A program made the position numbers and the translations under genes. Positions 63,294-64,000 of a DNA stretch of 64,000 bases are shown here, one piece after another (the first letter of the stretch is position 1; every line of letters starts with the position of its first letter). The notes under the pieces were generated by a model. That model was not told the origin of the DNA. It ran no database searches and worked only from the letters and a program-made list of their open reading frames with translations. The DNA comes from an uncultured delta proteobacterium (GTDB taxonomy: Bacteria; Myxococcota_A; Polyangia; Polyangiales; B10-G4): contig CAVSGI010000006.1 in assembly GCA_963727445.1 (NCBI GenBank), forward strand, positions 192,001 to 256,000, in the 5' to 3' direction.

Positions 63294-64000
63294 CGGCTCC
63301 TCCTCCGAGCGCGAGGCGGTTTCGGCGGGTCGCTGGCGGCGGCCTGCGACTCGATGACGAAGACGCGCACCGTGAGCCCGGGGATGGGCACGCTGATCGC
63401 CGTCTCTCCCTCGAACCGCTCCCCGCTGCGGATGTCGAGCAGGCCCATGGGCTCGGGGATCGACACCTCGGCGTGGGCCGCGAAGCGGTCGGGGTTGAGC
63501 AGGAAGAGCACCCGCGGGCCCTGCGCGTCACCGTGCACCGTCGTCTCGAGGGGCCGCGGCTCCACCGGAAAGGGACGGGCGAGTGAGAGGTCCTCGGCGA
63601 GCTGGTCGACCAGCGCGCGCGCCTCTTCCGCTTCGTCGAGGGAGGCGCGGATGCCGCCCGCGGGTGCTTCGAAGTGGTGGAAGCGCATCTGCTCGTCGAG
63701 CTCCGGCATGGCCGGCCCGTACACCACGGTCTTGCCCGCCGCCGCCAGCTCGCCGAGTCGCTCGAAGCGCCCGCGCGACGCGAACTCGTAGCTGGGCCAG
63801 ACGACCACCTTGACGCCGTCGAAGCGTGCGAGGGGCGCGTCGCCGTCGATCCATAGATAGGGGATCTGCGCCTCGGTGAGGGCGTCGCTCATGTTGGCGA
63901 GCATGCGCCACCACAGCACCTGGATCGGTCCGGAGAAGCCGAGGTCGTCCTCACGACAGCCGTCCACGGGCGTGCCGCCGAGCGCCTCGAGCGCCGACGG
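63290..64000 (-). CDS. C-terminal part of a larger protein, possibly beta-galactosidase-like (5' end outside the window)
   Basis: Frame open to the window edge; ALTEAQIPY..KVVVWPS..GKTVVYGP..RVLFLLN resembles GH42 trimerisation/C-terminal regions. Function is tentative. Confidence 0.5.
   Translation of the reverse strand, partial: PSALEALGGTPVDGCREDDLGFSGPIQVLWWRMLANMSDALTEAQIPYLWIDGDAPLARFDGVKVVVWPSYEFASRGRFERLGELAAAGKTVVYGPAMPELDEQMRFHHFEAPAGGIRASLDEAEEARALVDQLAEDLSLARPFPVEPRPLETTVHGDAQGPRVLFLLNPDRFAAHAEVSIPEPMGLLDIRSGERFEGETAISVPIPGLTVRVFVIESQAAASDPPKPPRARRRSR

Overview
Very GC-rich, gene-dense chromosomal segment whose gene content points to a myxobacterium, probably Polyangiales/Sandaracinaceae-like (inference: FrzS/AglZ-type protein, four Hanks-type kinases, DUF2330 with a MYXO-CTERM-like tail, many lipoproteins). 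About 49 genes can be supported: acnA (5' truncated), a MoxR/DUF58/vWA operon led by a Gly-Gln repeat protein, a sulfotransferase, a KamA-type radical SAM enzyme, methyltransferases, tatA, PhaR-like regulator, ECF sigma/anti-sigma, glycerate kinase, M20 peptidase, a PLP lyase-Kir channel-TauE run, a DAACS transporter, a kinase-STAND-TPR protein, a degenerate CysE-OsmC-DUF1015 run, lexA and a VIT-vWA protein. No rRNA, tRNA, CRISPR array, transposase or integrase was seen. At least seven genes carry single frameshifts, probably assembly errors, and two carry in-frame TGA codons in almost the same context. The most unusual signals are two different CTAG-bounded palindromic MITE/REPIN-like elements, the paired GAT-TGA stops, the probable pseudo-CysE operon and an extra domain inserted in the DAACS transporter. 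All family calls come from motif recognition by eye, without database searches, and no clearly new system is proven.
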